Positions 22,950-38,307 of a stretch of DNA of 64,000 nt are shown here, in pieces. The stretch is from Eledone cirrhosa. Lineage: Eukaryota. The stretch lies in assembly GCA_964016885.1 (NCBI GenBank), contig OZ024740.1:332754001-332818000 (forward strand). Direction: 5' to 3'. How positions within the stretch are numbered: the first letter of the stretch is position 1; every line of letters starts with the position of its first letter. The notes below the pieces were generated by a model that worked only from the letters and a program-made list of their open reading frames with translations, made no database searches and was not told the DNA's origin. The translations under genes and the position numbers were made by a program.

Positions 22950-25466
22950 AAGGATAATTATCACATAACCTCTTGTGGTACCGTAGAGGCACCTTCGTAC
23001 GGCGTATCTGGAGATCTGTATGGGAAACGGATGACGGATTCAACAGACAAACTAATTGGCTAAAAGAACTGGAACTGGACTACTGCCAACATGCCCAGAC
23101 AAAACAATATGACATAGGTGGGCCAATACTGGAAATAGCTCTACAGAAAATGTCGAATAGGAAATCACCAGGCCCATACAGGATACTGGTTGAAGAATTT
23201 CACTTTCTATCGGCCAGATCTCATACGGCTGTTTACAGAAACCATTAAGGGCACACAAGAACTGCCCAGATAGTTATCAACTGACACTACTCCCCTCATT
23301 CCCCAAAATAGCCAAACCACCCTTGCTAAAAATTACCGCCCAATAGCCTGCCAAAACATCATCTATAAATTATATACTGGCTGCCTTAACCTGTTCTTAC
23401 AGGATCACTGTGCTACCAACAACATCATAACACCTGAGCAAGCTGGTGGAAAGTGGGAGGTGTGGGGTTGCATAGATCACCTACTAACTAATAAAATGAT
23501 TCAAGAAAAAACAACAAAGAATCGCAGAAACATGACTGTGGTGTGGCTGGACTATCAAAAAGCATTTGATAGTGTACCTCATGGGTGGATTGTTAAGGCT
23601 TTACAGTTAGCCAAAGTCCCACAACCACTGGTAGCTGCTGTTGAACGTCTGACCAAGAACTGGTACACCAATTTGATCCTTAGAGGTGAGAAGGAGTAGG
23701 TTAAGACTGATAAGATACATTACCAGAAGGGCATCTTTCAGGGTGATAGCTTTGTCAGTGCTACTCTTCGTTCTCTCACTAAATCCACTATCTTACATAC
23801 TCAGGAAACAAGGTGGACAAAGAAGTGGGTCCAGAAGTATCTCCCATCTTTTCTTTGTTGATGACCTGAAGTTGTATGGGCCAAATATCAATGACATCAA
23901 GAAACAATTGGACCTCATTACACAATTTTCAACACACATCAAAATTAAATTTGGTGAGTCCAAGTGTGCATATTTGGCAGTAAAACGTGGGAGAGCTGTG
24001 CCCTCCTCTAGAAATCTAGAGATGAACGGCCTGTCAATACAACCTCTACAGTCAGGTGACAACTACAGATATCTTGGACAGGATGAGAATGTTAGATATA
24101 ATGGACCCATAAATAAGGAGAGAACCAGAACTGAATACCTCAGAAGAGTAAAGAAAATATGGTCATCAGAACTGTCAGCATACAACAAATACATTGCCCA
24201 CAATACTTATGCTGTGCCAATTCTAACGCCAACATTTGGCGTGCTGAACTGGTCATTGCAAGAACTAAGTGAGATGGATGTTAGAACTCGCAAACTTCTC
24301 AGTGTTACTGGGAACTTTAACATCAATGGTGATGTGGATAGGCTATACTTCTCACGCAAGGAAGGTGGCCGGGGTCTAATATCCATATTAACATCATATG
24401 AGACCCGGATAGTAATACTGAAGCAACACCTTCAACAGAGGAAAAAGGTTGGCAACCATCTTGCCCAGGTTTATGAGCATGAACAAAAATATATCATTAG
24501 AATAGCCACTGATCTGGAGGAGAGATATGGAATAAAGCCTGATATAAATCTCTCACCCAGAGAAATCGGAAGATCCTATTCAATGTTCAAACAAGATGAA
24601 AAAATTGACCAATTTACAGAAAAAGTTGTGCATGGATACTTGAGACGTAAAATACAGACCATAGAGGGGATAAACCACTCAAAAAGCCTGGCATGGAGTT
24701 CCGACAAGTTTATGACATCATACCTTGAGGGATATATCTATGCAATACAAGAACAAGAACTCCCTACCAAATATCTGCTGCACAAAAGGGGAGGGCCATC
24801 AGCTGACAATAAATGTAGGCTATGTAAAACAAAGATCGAGGATGTAAGCCACATTGTTGCTAGCTGCGAAAGAATGTCATCTCGCTATTACCTCCCCATG
24901 AGACACGATGGGATAGCTAGAACCATCTGGAACGCACTTGGGAAAACAAAATTTACAACAAACGAGGAAGAATATATTGAGACAGATGGCACTAAGGAAT
25001 ACTGGTGGAACCTGAAAATAAAAACTCCCACCAAATTAAAGCACAACCGGCCTGATATTGTTGTTTGGGACCACATATTGAAAACGTGCTCTGTTGTGGA
25101 GATCAGCTGCCTACTTGATGTAAACTTTGTCAGAAAAATACAGGAGAAGGAGGACATCTACGGACCATTGATGAGGAGTTTACAAATCCAGTATCCAAGA
25201 TACACTTTTAGCTTCATACCCATCATTATTGGAGCTACGGGTTATATACCAACCCGTTTGGACCAAAGTATGACTGAACTTGGATATTCGGACAAAGAGC
25301 GCAGATCCTTAATTCATAGTCTACACATGGCTGCGATAGCTGGCACCTTCAAAATTTGCAAAACTTCTTGCGATTCAAGGGATGACAATTTCTTTTCTTT
25401 TACAACCTTGCCACCGAGAAGGTGGCCCGTCAGAAAAATATACTCGAAATTAAGAGAAAGAGATAA
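22949..25466 (+). mobile_element. 5'-truncated R4/Dong(Rex6)-clade non-LTR retrotransposon with RT, CCHC and restriction-like endonuclease, disrupted by frameshifts
   Basis: [74 protein letters not shown] and IPIIIGATG are spread across ORFs 22973-23248, 23460-23699 and 23686 onward. Confidence 0.92.
23686..25385 (+). pseudogene. RT C-terminal half plus RLE endonuclease coding region of the R4/Dong-type element
   Basis: Long open frame. The sibling copy at 63.7 kb ends [11 protein letters not shown], which implies the native stop is TGA 25383-25385 and that this copy has a 1-bp deletion. Confidence 0.85.
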
Positions 25467-25735
<269 letters not shown>

Positions 25736-26464
25736 ACACAGAGAAAGACAGATAGAGAGAGAGAGACATTAAATATGTAAATATCGGCCCAAGTAATAGT
25801 ACAATATTTATCAACAATCGAAAGTTTGTTTCCACGAGATTTGAAATGAAAGAATCGCAATGAACAACATAATGCATTGTATCTGACGCTCCAGTGACAC
25901 AACCAATTCACTACGCATAATCAGTATATAATATATCTCATGGTTATTGATACATAATTAGCAATATTGACGTCAATCCATGGAAATGTTTTCTCCGCTG
26001 TCACTCGTGAGAAACAGTTGCGATAGAACTAATTACTCTTCATAGAATGATGGCCTACCGTAGGTAGCGTTTCAAGTAGACTGTTGCATGGAAAATATAA
26101 TCATGCATGACAAAAGAATTTCAATAATCCCTGTATGTGGAAACAATATATGATTAACTACATTAAGATTACAGACACAAACGCGAGAGTCATTTCAAAT
26201 ATATATGTGTGTACATGTGAATGTGTGAGATCCGTATATAAGCAGGTGCAACCCCCCCCCCCCTTCCGCCCCATACACACACAAACAAACACACATACAA
26301 ACACACCACTCACATATATTTCGAGGTTAAATTCATAGGCAATTGTAATTCTTCATTTTTACATATCAGGTTGCTTCGAAATTTAAATGAAACAATCCAT
26401 GTTATCAACAGTTTCAACGATCTTCACTTACCTAAAATTATAGTCACATTATATATTACATTAT

Positions 26465-26958
26465 ATATAGGTACCCGGCAATACTCGGGAGCGGGGCTAT
26501 TCCCAGTTCCATTAAAATGCCCAATGCCTCTCAGAATCAAAATATAGGACAGATAATGAAGAGCGAAGACAAATTCATTTACGAAACAATAATACAAACA
26601 AATATTCTTGATTGCATTGGTCAGACAAAAACATGGTTGTCAGAGAAGTTGAGTGTTGCTATAAGGAAAAGAATAGATCCCACATTAGGGTGTCTTAATA
26701 TTATTGAAATTTGCTGAAATTTTGTGAATAGGCATCATATCTTATCATTTACCTATGGTTTAAATTTCATATATATTGAAGGGAAACAAATTTCAGCGGG
26801 GGGTTTTGTGCCCCCGAGGAACCCTTTCATTAAAATGAAATAAACGTAAGAAATGAAAGGGGCATGAGCCCCAAACACGTGTCACGTTTCATCAAGATCT
26901 GTTTGGTAGTTTTCGAGTTTTAGGTTCACAAACAAACAAACAGACAGAAATTGCCATT

Positions 26959-26970
<12 letters not shown>
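26465..26970 (-). mobile_element. Non-autonomous Helitron-like element
   Basis: GC hairpin GTACCCGGCAATACTCGGG next to a CTAG-like end. The other end reads TTTCATCAAGATCTGTTTGGTAGTTTT...ACAAACAAACAGACAG...TTTATGTATATA, as in Lep1/HINE-type Helitrons. Confidence 0.5.
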
Positions 26971-27007
<37 letters not shown>

Positions 27008-27038
27008 AGTGTAATTTTCTACACAAAACGAAGGTTAT

Positions 27039-27309
27039 AGAGAAAATTGAGGTTGGTAATGGCACATGGAATATATAAGAGACAGAATAATTTTTTGTGA
27101 AAAAACATATAATTTTATAAGGTAAGGAAATAATAAAGGGTATAAAAAATGACCGGTTTCGATGGGTCTGCAAAAGCCATCTTTTCAAATGTTGATTAAT
27201 ATTAAGAAAAATTAATAATACGAAGAGTTAAAATTTGAGATTTGAAAATTCAAGTATAAAATTCAGTGTGGGATTTCATAGTAGTTTTCATCTAGGTAGC
27301 AACAAGTTG
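27039..27309 (-). repeat. Left arm of a ~270-bp near-perfect inverted repeat (PLE pLTR-like) containing a degenerate minimal hammerhead
   Basis: Reverse complement of 27655-27925 with about 2 differences. The ORF track shows the same peptide MKRWLLQTHRNR on both strands. Confidence 0.9.
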
Positions 27310-27559
27310 ACTGCTGTGTCCCTTTCTGGTAGTGAATGAGAAGTTATTTGGGGTGTGGGTTATTTTATAAAGGTCAGATTTAGCAATGGCCAGCTGGCCA
27401 GCTGCTGGTCAGTGAGGGGGTGGAAGCAATATACATACATATATCTTCTTGTGGTCGGTAGGAGAGTGGGAGCGTGATAGAAAGGGATTTAGTGCACTTA
27501 CACCTATATATACACACATACCTTCATCCACACATACATACAGATACATATACATACAC

Positions 27560-27636
<77 letters not shown>

Positions 27637-27654
27637 CACACATACATACACACA

Positions 27655-28645
<991 letters not shown>

Positions 28646-29196
28646 GTATGTATATATATATATGACTCCCCTTGCTCTGTGGCAAAAACAACACACGTGC
28701 TCGAACGAAGAATGAACTTTGATGTAAATTTAACTTTAAGATCCCTCCTGGATCACGTACTGAAACTTATTTTTGTTTTCTATGCCCTTGAGAAGCCCTT
28801 TTCGGGTCAAATGTACGTAGGCGCATTTTTATATAAACATGTTTTAACGGTATATTCTCCTTTGTATTCATTCCACTTGTAACGGCTCTGCATATATTCT
28901 CGCCTGCTAGATATTAACGCTTCTATTATTTAACCCTGTAGGCACAAGTATTGATCACATTTGCACAACCTATTGGCAACTAAATATATATATCGCTTAT
29001 CTCTTCTACTCTCTCTCGATACTTAAATATTCTCTCTCTCTCTCTCTCTACATATATATATATATATACATGCGTGTATATATTCATCCTTATCGAGCCT
29101 TCTTTGGATTTTAGTCTACACATTTATTATTATTATTCTTGTATATATAAATGTGTGTGTGTGTGTGAGGGGGGGGGGTGTAAGTGTGAGTGCGTT

Positions 29197-29251
<55 letters not shown>

Positions 29252-29254
<3 letters not shown>

Positions 29255-29460
29255 AGAAAAACCACAGACCCTCTATATCAACTCTACTTTTGAAATGCAG
29301 AAGAACTGGGAAACCGGTAAAGGAACCAAATAAATATATATATTTAAAAAAAAATAAGACCCGGTTTCATTTTCGATTTCATCTCTTTTTCTTTATACTT
29401 TCACTCGTGTGTGACACCTCGGTTATTTTTCATTTTGTAAAAAAAAACCACACTTTCTAA
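29252..29460 (+). mobile_element. Short interspersed repeat (PLE-end-like) with a degenerate minimal hammerhead
   Basis: Homologous to 55404-55565. Reads UUGAAAU-GCAG-AAGAA-CUGG-GAAACCGGUA-AAG. Confidence 0.6.
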
Positions 29461-29461
29461 T

Positions 29462-29507
<46 letters not shown>

Positions 29508-30043
29508 CTAGCTATCGATCCACATGTTTGATTTTGCTGCCTCTCTATTTCTCTCTCTCCGCCTATCTTTACTATCTATGTCAGAAAAAAATTCGTTTGG
29601 CGTTCAGAGTAGACCCCACCGTGCTTTATGCACACAAATGCCTATAACCACGTGCGTATGTGCGTATTTGTGAATGAACATGTTGACATATATTGTTAAT
29701 GTATTATTGTTAGATGTTTACATATTAGATAGGCAAGCTTTCAATATTTTTTCCCCAAGCCATTTTCCAACAAAAACATTTCTTCATTCCAGAGATAACT
29801 TCACCCATTCGCTTTTCTTCTTTAATGCTGCTTCTTATATTTTCTCTCCTTCCGACACGGCTTTTAGCAAAAGCTCGTTCAGAAATATTACTATCAAGCC
29901 AAGCTTGCACTTATGCAGGCTTTGGTGGTAAGTAGTATGCCGTATGTAAGATATATAATATATAAATATTAACTCTGTATATAGAGCGCTCTTTCCCAGT
30001 GTTGATAGTTTCGCTACACAAACATGCGCAAACACACATGCAT

Positions 30044-30222
30044 TTGGCAGTATCAGTAGAGGGTCGGACGCCATGCTTTCCAGCATAGTTACGTCCCTTT
30101 ACGATCTGAGTTCAAATCCCGCCGAGGTTGACTTTGCCTTTCATCCTTACGGGGTCGATAAAATAAAGTACCAGTAATGCACTAGGTAATTGCTGGGCGT
30201 GTGCCTAAAGTAGAAACAATTA
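30044..30222 (+). mobile_element. SINE copy
   Basis: Close match to the consensus. Confidence 0.88.
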
Positions 30223-30295
30223 ATAAGCACATACCAGCACACACACACTCTCTCTCTCACACACACACAAACACACACAAACACACACACACACA

Positions 30296-30349
<54 letters not shown>

Positions 30350-30686
30350 CATAACTTTCTGTCCTATTGATCAATATTCGAACATTACATTAAAAGTGCA
30401 TCACGAGAAACGATGTCAGACTGTAGAAAATACTGTTGGGATCGAAAAGTCATTGATTTTGTTATAAATGAATTGATTGCGTTCTTCTAATTCAAACTGC
30501 ATACTTTCTTTCAATGATTCATTCAATAGGATCATCGAATGTAAAATATCTCTTTCTGAACATCGATTTAAAACAGTGTTGTCGGTCTAGTTCTTTCGCT
30601 GTCCCACTTTTCAGAAATGCTACGAGTAATTATATATATATATATATATCGGGAAATGCATTGCAACTGCTTATTTATAATATAAA

Positions 30687-30832
30687 CTAGACCACCTGTG
30701 ACCCGTTGGGTCATGTTCACTTCAAAATATATTTTTTTAAATTATGTACACTTAAAAATAAATTTTAAATAATTAAAATTTACACAGACATGTATATAAT
30801 GTGAAATGAAACTGGAAGGTCCATTTATATAC

Positions 30833-30876
<44 letters not shown>

Positions 30877-31505
30877 CTCTCTTTATATCTCCCCCTCTCC
30901 CTCTCTATCCATCCCTCCCACTATGATCAATTTAATTCTCTTTAACTCACTACATTCCGCGACATGAATTCTGCTATCAAAACTGACCAAGGAATCCTTC
31001 CACCTCTACCCCTCCCTCCATCTCAGTTTGTCACTATACTTCCTCCCTCTTCCCCCTTCCCCTCTCTCTCTATACTATTCCGTTCGTCCCCTCACCTTCT
31101 GATTCCTCTCTCTCATACTAGTAAATGCAATTCCAAATAAATGTTTTTCTCTATATATTAAGAATTATTTCAAGAGTAACTTACTCACTATTTTGAAAAT
31201 TTGGACTGTGAACAACAATTATAATTGAGTGGCTGCTATTTGCAGTATAGCAATATAAGGTTGCACTTACCAATGAAACGGTCGTAAATACCTGGATAAA
31301 ATCCTTCTCTTAATGCTTACCTGTTTTTTCTCTTTTATACTTTATACACCAAGATTGAACGGAATTCTTACAAACTCGTGGAGTTACCCCTAACCGTACG
31401 TTGAAACCATCCATGAAACTGGCTTGCTTAACCAAGAACTGAATCACAATAAGCAATTCTTTGCTTCTCTAACTATATATATATATATATATGTGTGTGT
31501 GTTTG

Positions 31506-31537
<32 letters not shown>

Positions 31538-31754
31538 TGTCTGTGATCTATATACACTCCTCATAGACACACACACATATATATACACAGACATTCACAT
31601 ACCACCAGCTCTCTCTCTTCCATTTGTATTCTCATTTCAGTGTCAACTTCCTTTCAAACTGTTTTCCTATTATGCACCCTTTTGAGTGTATTACATTACA
31701 GACAGACAAGCAAACAAGCAAGGACGCAATTACAGAGTTTTATTAATATATAGA
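30687..31754 (-). mobile_element. Non-autonomous Helitron
   Basis: On the minus strand the ends are A|TCTATATATTAATAAAA ... hairpin (TGACCC/GGGTCA) ... CTAG|T, giving canonical TC...CTAG termini in an AT site. Confidence 0.6.
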
Positions 31755-32204
31755 TATCATGCATTTAACATTATTCTATTTCTTCAGGATTATGTTTTAT
31801 TATCTTGTCAAATTATCGTTACCTATTCTCAGGATCAACAGCAATATTTTAGAATGAGACTAAAAAATAATCTATTACCATTTTTGATATGGCAGATAAA
31901 ATAAAACGTCTATATGGGACCATCATAGAAAACCTGCTCAGTAGGGTTGGAACCTGTTATAGCAGCTTAACATTCAAGATATTCGATATAATTATTACCG
32001 AGACTTTAATGAAAACATGCTCTTGTATATGACCACGAATATCTAATTATACAAAATACTGATCCCATAATAATCTAGAAAACTAGTTCAATTCTAAACG
32101 TCAACTTATCATTTAGGAGGACATTATCAAAATCTGACAGCAAATCCTTTAGTTCCTCGTAAATGACAATTACATTTGAATAATCTTAAATAATTTACTT
32201 TAAA

Positions 32205-32419
32205 ATAATGGTTTCTTATATAGGCACATGGCTAGCAATTTGGGGGGACGGGAAAGTCGATTAAATGGACCCCAAGTGCGTGACTGGTATTTTATTTTAT
32301 TGACCCCGTAATGATAAAAGTTAACCTCGACGGGATTTGAACTCAGATCAGAAACGGCCGTAACTCTATGCTGCAAATCATGGTGTCAGACCATCTATCG
32401 ATACTGCCAATCGACCACC
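32205..32419 (-). mobile_element. SINE copy, long variant, with a ~19-bp TSD
   Basis: Flanked by TAATTTACTTTAAAATAAT and TAATTTACTTAGAAATAAT. Confidence 0.8.
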
Positions 32420-33250
32420 ATAATTTACTTAGAAATAATAGAAACTGGGACTTTTGTCACGATTTCAATTTCAATTCACATTCCGACCATTAGAGCGGTA
32501 GAGATTTTTTTGTCTATGACAGACCAGACCACACCAGTTTGATGTAGTTCTGTTGATTCATTGTTATAATTCAAGAATGAATCTTGTAATTTTTAAATTA
32601 ATTATATTAGACATATATGTCTGTTTATTGATTATATAAAACAAAATCAATGAATAAATTAGAACCCGTCTTGCGAAGAATCAAAATATCAAATTTGTAT
32701 CAAAACTTAGTAATTAATTATATTAATGGCTACCATGAACCAAGTCAACTATTAGAGCAAAGTAGGAAAGAGACTGAAATATTGCGACTGTCTATAAACA
32801 TTTAAACAATACATCCATGTAGTTCTCAAATTTTTTACACTCATATATTTTCTAGACGTTAATTTCAAATTAATTGACAGGTTAATACTATATACGAGCT
32901 CAAGACCCATATTGAAATAATTTCAATATTTGAAATATACTAAACTGTATCGACGTGTAGATGATTTTGTATGACTTAATCAGATAAAAGCGAGCAGCAG
33001 TACTCGTGATATTACCGTAGGCCCTCTTACACTCGTAGAAAAATGAAGACAGAAGAGACGAATACTTGCCAAGCCATTGCCAGTCACAGATTAAATCTAT
33101 TATAAGGATATTTACAGTGTATACAATGTCTTCTAGATGTATTCCTTTTATATAAATTCCCTTTTGAAATATGAAGGGAATTGCAACGGATTACATGATT
33201 AATGGTCTCCTTATTGTTCCAAGTGTTTCTTCCCTTATCTGCGATATTAA

Positions 33251-33450
33251 TAGTTGTTTCTACATTTGGTCCAATGCCAGCAATTTGAAGGTAAAGAGGA
33301 AAAATTGGTTAAATCAAAACCAGTGCGTTACTGATACTGTATTTTCCGACCTCATAAGGATGAAACGCAAAGCTAACCTCTGCAGGATCTCATCTCAGAA
33401 TGTAGACGGACGTGACTCTCTCTATGTTCCAAAACATTTTGCTCAACACA
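33251..33450 (-). mobile_element. Degraded SINE copy
   Basis: TAAGGATGAAACGCAAAGCTAACCTC and GCCAGCAATT remnants. Confidence 0.55.
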
Positions 33451-36400
33451 CTTTGTTAAAAGATGTAAGGACTCTTTTTGCTCTATGATCATGCATGATT
33501 TCGTAACACATATTGCTCACACCCACTAGCAATATGTGTTACATATTCGTCAACATTGTAGCATACTCTCCAAAGTGGGGAACAATTTTCTCCATCGATG
33601 TTAGATTTCATTCAATTGTTTCTGAGTGCCTGGTTTTGTGGGGCAATAATAAGAGCCTCAGTATTGTTTCGAAACCAACCTGACTTAAGTCAAAAATTGC
33701 TACCATCACTAGCCCTGCTATAATCCTGCGCGATATATTGAGCCTCTAATATCAGGGAAAATCAGTTGGCAACCGATTGCTAGAGAAAACGTACAAATAA
33801 TTATTTATATCAATAGCATTATTATTGAAATTCAAGTTTTCTAAAAAGATTAGGCACCTCCTTGAAAAGTATAACATTGCACACGAATGCCATAAACATA
33901 TCGTTAACGTACCCTTTTCTATCATTATAGTGAACTTTGCTTTGCCTTTGCAGGATGGGTTATATATCATTCAAAATCCATTAGTTATGAATATAATTAC
34001 AGGTATATTCCTTAACTGATATAGAGTTAATAATTCTGCAGATTGCTCAGTCTAAATTTGTAAATTGTATAGGGTATTTTGAAATAATGAAGAGCACGTT
34101 TCAGAAACTATACAACACATTCGACATCTTTCATCTATGTTGTAGGAAATGTGATTCATGGTGTATCACTAAGATTGCTGATTTTGCTCGCGTATTAAGA
34201 CAGGATTTATTCGTCTAAACCAAAGATTATTCTTTTCATAATCACTTTGCAGATGCTTTGACCATGTAAAATCCTTCTTTACAATTGTTCATTATGGTTG
34301 AGTAAAATCTATCAGTATATTCATTTTTTGGCTGCTGTTCTATATGTGCTGTTCGAAATATAATCCGATTTCACACGATCTTTTAGTTGCCGTGGTGAGA
34401 AACACTTTGTTACTACTTGTACATAATCAATAAGAACACTGAATTCGCCTTCATGTGAGATGTAAACAGTAAGAAATATTAGTCACTGCATTCTTAAACT
34501 AATGTTTGATACACAATTGCTCCAAACTACATATCCTCCATGTGTCTGATATATATTGAGCAATACATAGTAATATCTTTTACCACAGATTATGTGAGAG
34601 AGAGTTAATTTACATTCAAGTACAATGATGCAAATATTAAATATAATAGAGAACATCCTTTAGCTGAGATGAGTTTGGGAATTATTGTCAGATTTTCACA
34701 AATTATTTGTGTTTCATTCGAATCCATGAAACTTCAACACCCATAGTCTATATGTTATCTATTGTTACTGATGTTCAAAACTATTTTCTCTACGTGCCAG
34801 TGCATCTAATGTTGTTTCCGTTTTGATAAACATTCTTCTTACTAAATAATATAATAGTATTCAGTAGATGCTCAAGCACTGATCTATTTTCATCTTGTAA
34901 TTTTCGACCTTACATAGGGAGAAAAGATGAGTGTGCATCTCATTCATCTACTCATCATACTGTTTTATTTATTAGCAGATCCAAAGGTAACAAACATAGA
35001 TTGAAATGAAGTGTAGCCCTACTGTTACTTTAGGATATTCGCACAGATAGTTCTGTCAGATTGGGACGTAACATTGTTGTTTGATGCCTGTTAAATGAAC
35101 AGCCTGCCACTATTTCGTTGTTATTTTAATGAAACGGTTGAAAAGCCACTCATGGTATTGTTAATTATATTTCAGTAGTTATACTTTTTTTTATTACATC
35201 TTGTGAGCGAACGTTATTGTTTAGCTTTGGCTTTGTTATTCCTATTCTATCGAGATATTCTATGCATAATAATTGCTCATTATCGAGTAGTTATATGTTC
35301 TGTAGTACATACATATTTATAGGTTTTGGGGGTTTGTTTGCATATTTGTCTTTCACAAGACACATTATTATAGGGATTGCCTTTTTCAGTTATCCACATT
35401 GTGATCATCAATACTTCTTGGTCTATATATGTGCATATTGCTTCCATTTTGTTCAGAAACACAGCAGTATCTTTAATGAGTGCTACCTCGATTCGAAAGC
35501 AATCCTATATCTGGTGTTTCATGAGAAATGTATCGGCCTTTTAAATGTGATTTTCCTGAGTGTATTGGTTTAGATCATGAGTATTATTGTCGAAGGACTA
35601 GATAGAGTAAAGAAATAAGACCGGAAAGTACTAGAATAAAAGACACCAACAAAAAACAAACAAAAAACAAATTGTAATTTAGGAATTCACAGAATGTGTG
35701 ACGATAAAGCCTTGACAAACTACCAACAACCAATAACAAATAATATAGCTGAAATGAAAGTCTAATACTACATCTCTTTTAATTGCCAACATTGGCAATA
35801 TGACCATGCTCAAATATAACAATGGCATCTTTGTCTTTTCCTGAGAATATGTCGGATTTTTATCCATCCAGAATTGTTTCGAATAGTAAGGCTGCCACAA
35901 TTTCCAGTGTGTAAAATACATCTATGAAAACCTGCTAATGCATTTTTCTTGACTTATACAAGCAATCCTTAAAGCATGTGCTCGCTCCTTTCTTCCCATC
36001 ATCTAAATCTTCTGCTTTTACAATATATTTTTTTCATGACTGGTAGTTTCTGAGAAGAATTCCATCCTTTCCTAATTGATTTCATTAACTGAGGCATCCG
36101 TTCTCTTATTTCTTAGCTTTACTTTCTATATAACTGGTTTCCATGTTTTTTACGTGGGTTTTGATCCAGTTTCTGTGAATGTAAGTGAATATCTATACAT
36201 GTTATCAATTATGTAAGAATACATGTGGTGGTATTAATTGTTTTTATTGTGAAGTCAGTGTTGTTTTATGTTTGTTGGAATTCCATTAGAATGTGTTGAG
36301 CGAGTTTATTGATTTTACTTGTGGGTTGTATGTCGGTTATATGTTATGTACATATATTGTATAATATGAGTTGTGAGGGAATTGAAAGATACATGAGTAG

Positions 36401-36459
36401 TGTGGGTATGTATTAAGCTAAGAAATGTGTGTAACATTGTAATCCCTTTCATGTTTTGT

Positions 36460-36790
36460 AGGTTTTTCATATATTTTGTATCAATCGTAGTGTCCAATTA
36501 TTATTTGTATAATTCGTACTTCCCTGGCACACACTCTGCCTATTTCAATGTTAAGAATGTTGTAGGCTTGTACCTCTTAGGTATATTTTGTATCAATCCT
36601 ATATCCAATTATTAATTGTATAATTTCTGCTTCTCTGGCACACATTGTGTTTATTTCAATTTTAAGTATTTTGTAGGCTTGTACGGTTTTTGTATATTGT
36701 ATCAATGCTATGTCCAATTTTTATTTCATAATTCCTGATTCTCTGGTAAACTCTCTGCTTATTTCAATTTAGAATTTTGTAGTTTGACAG
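36460..36790. repeat. Diverged tandem triplication of a ~110-bp unit
   Basis: TCCAATTATTA...CTTC(C/T)CTGGCACAC...TATTTCAAT...TGTAG recurs at ~36492, ~36603 and ~36712. Confidence 0.75.
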
Positions 36791-36899
36791 TTTCATTATT
36801 TCCCATCGGTCAAAAAGTTGTCAAGATGTCAATCAGAATACATATATATTTTCGTTCTAGTTGTTAAATCATTAGGATTTTCCTTGGTATTATTGTCAG

Positions 36900-37850
36900 T
36901 ATTTTGGGGCCTTTCCAGGATGATTTTGACAAGATTCTTTTTATGCAGTGTACTTTATGCACATTTGTATAGCTTTCGATACGATTCCATGTCAAAATTT
37001 AAACATATTTGTCAACAAGATAGTGATTGTGAATATATTCGCACTTGGCAACAACTGAGCACGACATATTATATACTGTTTGATTAGTTATTACTTGATT
37101 ATTTTCCACTATTTCATTCTCGAATTTGATTAGGTTTAGCCATCGGCTTTGTGCAGCCAAAATCAGATATGTTTTTCATGTTAGCCCTGACGTTCTGGGA
37201 CATTGTTTTACACTAGTCGTTTCATGCGTGTTATTGGTTATGGTGTGTGTCATTGATTTTAAAATACATTTCTGTTGTTTAATTCTTTCCTAAATGATTT
37301 TCTTTGACTTGGATTCCAGCTTGTATTCTATATGGGTTTTTATATTGTATGTATTCCTCTATAAGCGAAACATGGTCTGTTTTATTCTTTTAAAGCTGTC
37401 CCTTTACCAATTTCCCACTACAGAATTTATGATAAATTTTACCTGCATTAAACATAGTAAATAGATTTACGTCATCCAGATAGTCATTATTGGTATAGAT
37501 GTGTCCTTATTAACCGTAACTGTTTGTGATTTATTTTAGCAGATGTGGTAATGAAACTAGAGCAAAACAGAATGATAGATCAAATGATGTGCCCAATATA
37601 CCTTTGAAGTGCATTTTCCATGTTGACACAGAATGCTTAATGCATTTTATGATTTTCAGGGATTCATTAATGATTTAGATTGATTCCTCTATCAACGATA
37701 GTGGCATACCTTCTAACAGCTATTCAGTTATCAATCAAGAACATGCTTATAAGTGTATTCCTGATATTGCTAAAGTTACCGATAGTTGCTCTAAACAATC
37801 ATACTTCTCTTTCCAGAATCATTTGTGTCATTGCACTAATGAGATATAAT
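36900..37850 (-). pseudogene. Old R4/Dong-type RT fossil
   Basis: Minus-strand fragments LSFCFALVSLPHLLK..NSYG, YLDDVNLF and VAKCEYIHNH resemble LSPLLFCLAL.PL / YMDDLKLY / LA..EY..RH. Confidence 0.4.
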
Positions 37851-38107
37851 TCTCCGTGTTAGGAATTAGCCTCGTGTAGAGTATGGATGAATGTGATTTG
37901 TATGATGTTGGCTATATGAATGTGATTTGTATGATGTAAGCCTATAGTATTTTGTGGAACTGTTATGTTTCTTTTGGATAATTAAGATTACCATTCACTA
38001 TGGCATGGTTTGCACGCCACCTAATTTAGTTCTACCATCACCTCATATAGCGTTAGGTATCACTATAGAATCTTCTCGATATAATGCTTATTATTATTAT
38101 CATTATT

Positions 38108-38280
38108 GGTGGATTGGCAGTATAGGCAAGAGGATCGGACGCCATGCTTTGCAGCATAAAGTTACAGTCCTTTATGATCTGAGTTCAAATCCCGCCGAGG
38201 TTAACTTTGCTTTTCATCCTTACGGGGTCGACAAAATAAAGTACCAGTGGTGCACTGGGCCAAAAGTAGAAACAATTATT
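38108..38280 (+). mobile_element. SINE copy whose tail runs into (TTA)n
   Basis: Matches the consensus and ends GTAGAAACAATTATTGTTATTATT. Confidence 0.85.
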
Positions 38281-38307
38281 GTTATTATTATTATTATTAT
38301 TATTATT

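Noticed and set aside
31225-31290. GAAACGGTCGTA with an upstream stem, and a similar motif on the - strand at ~58640-58665
   Set aside because: No recognisable CUGANGA core, so too degenerate to support.
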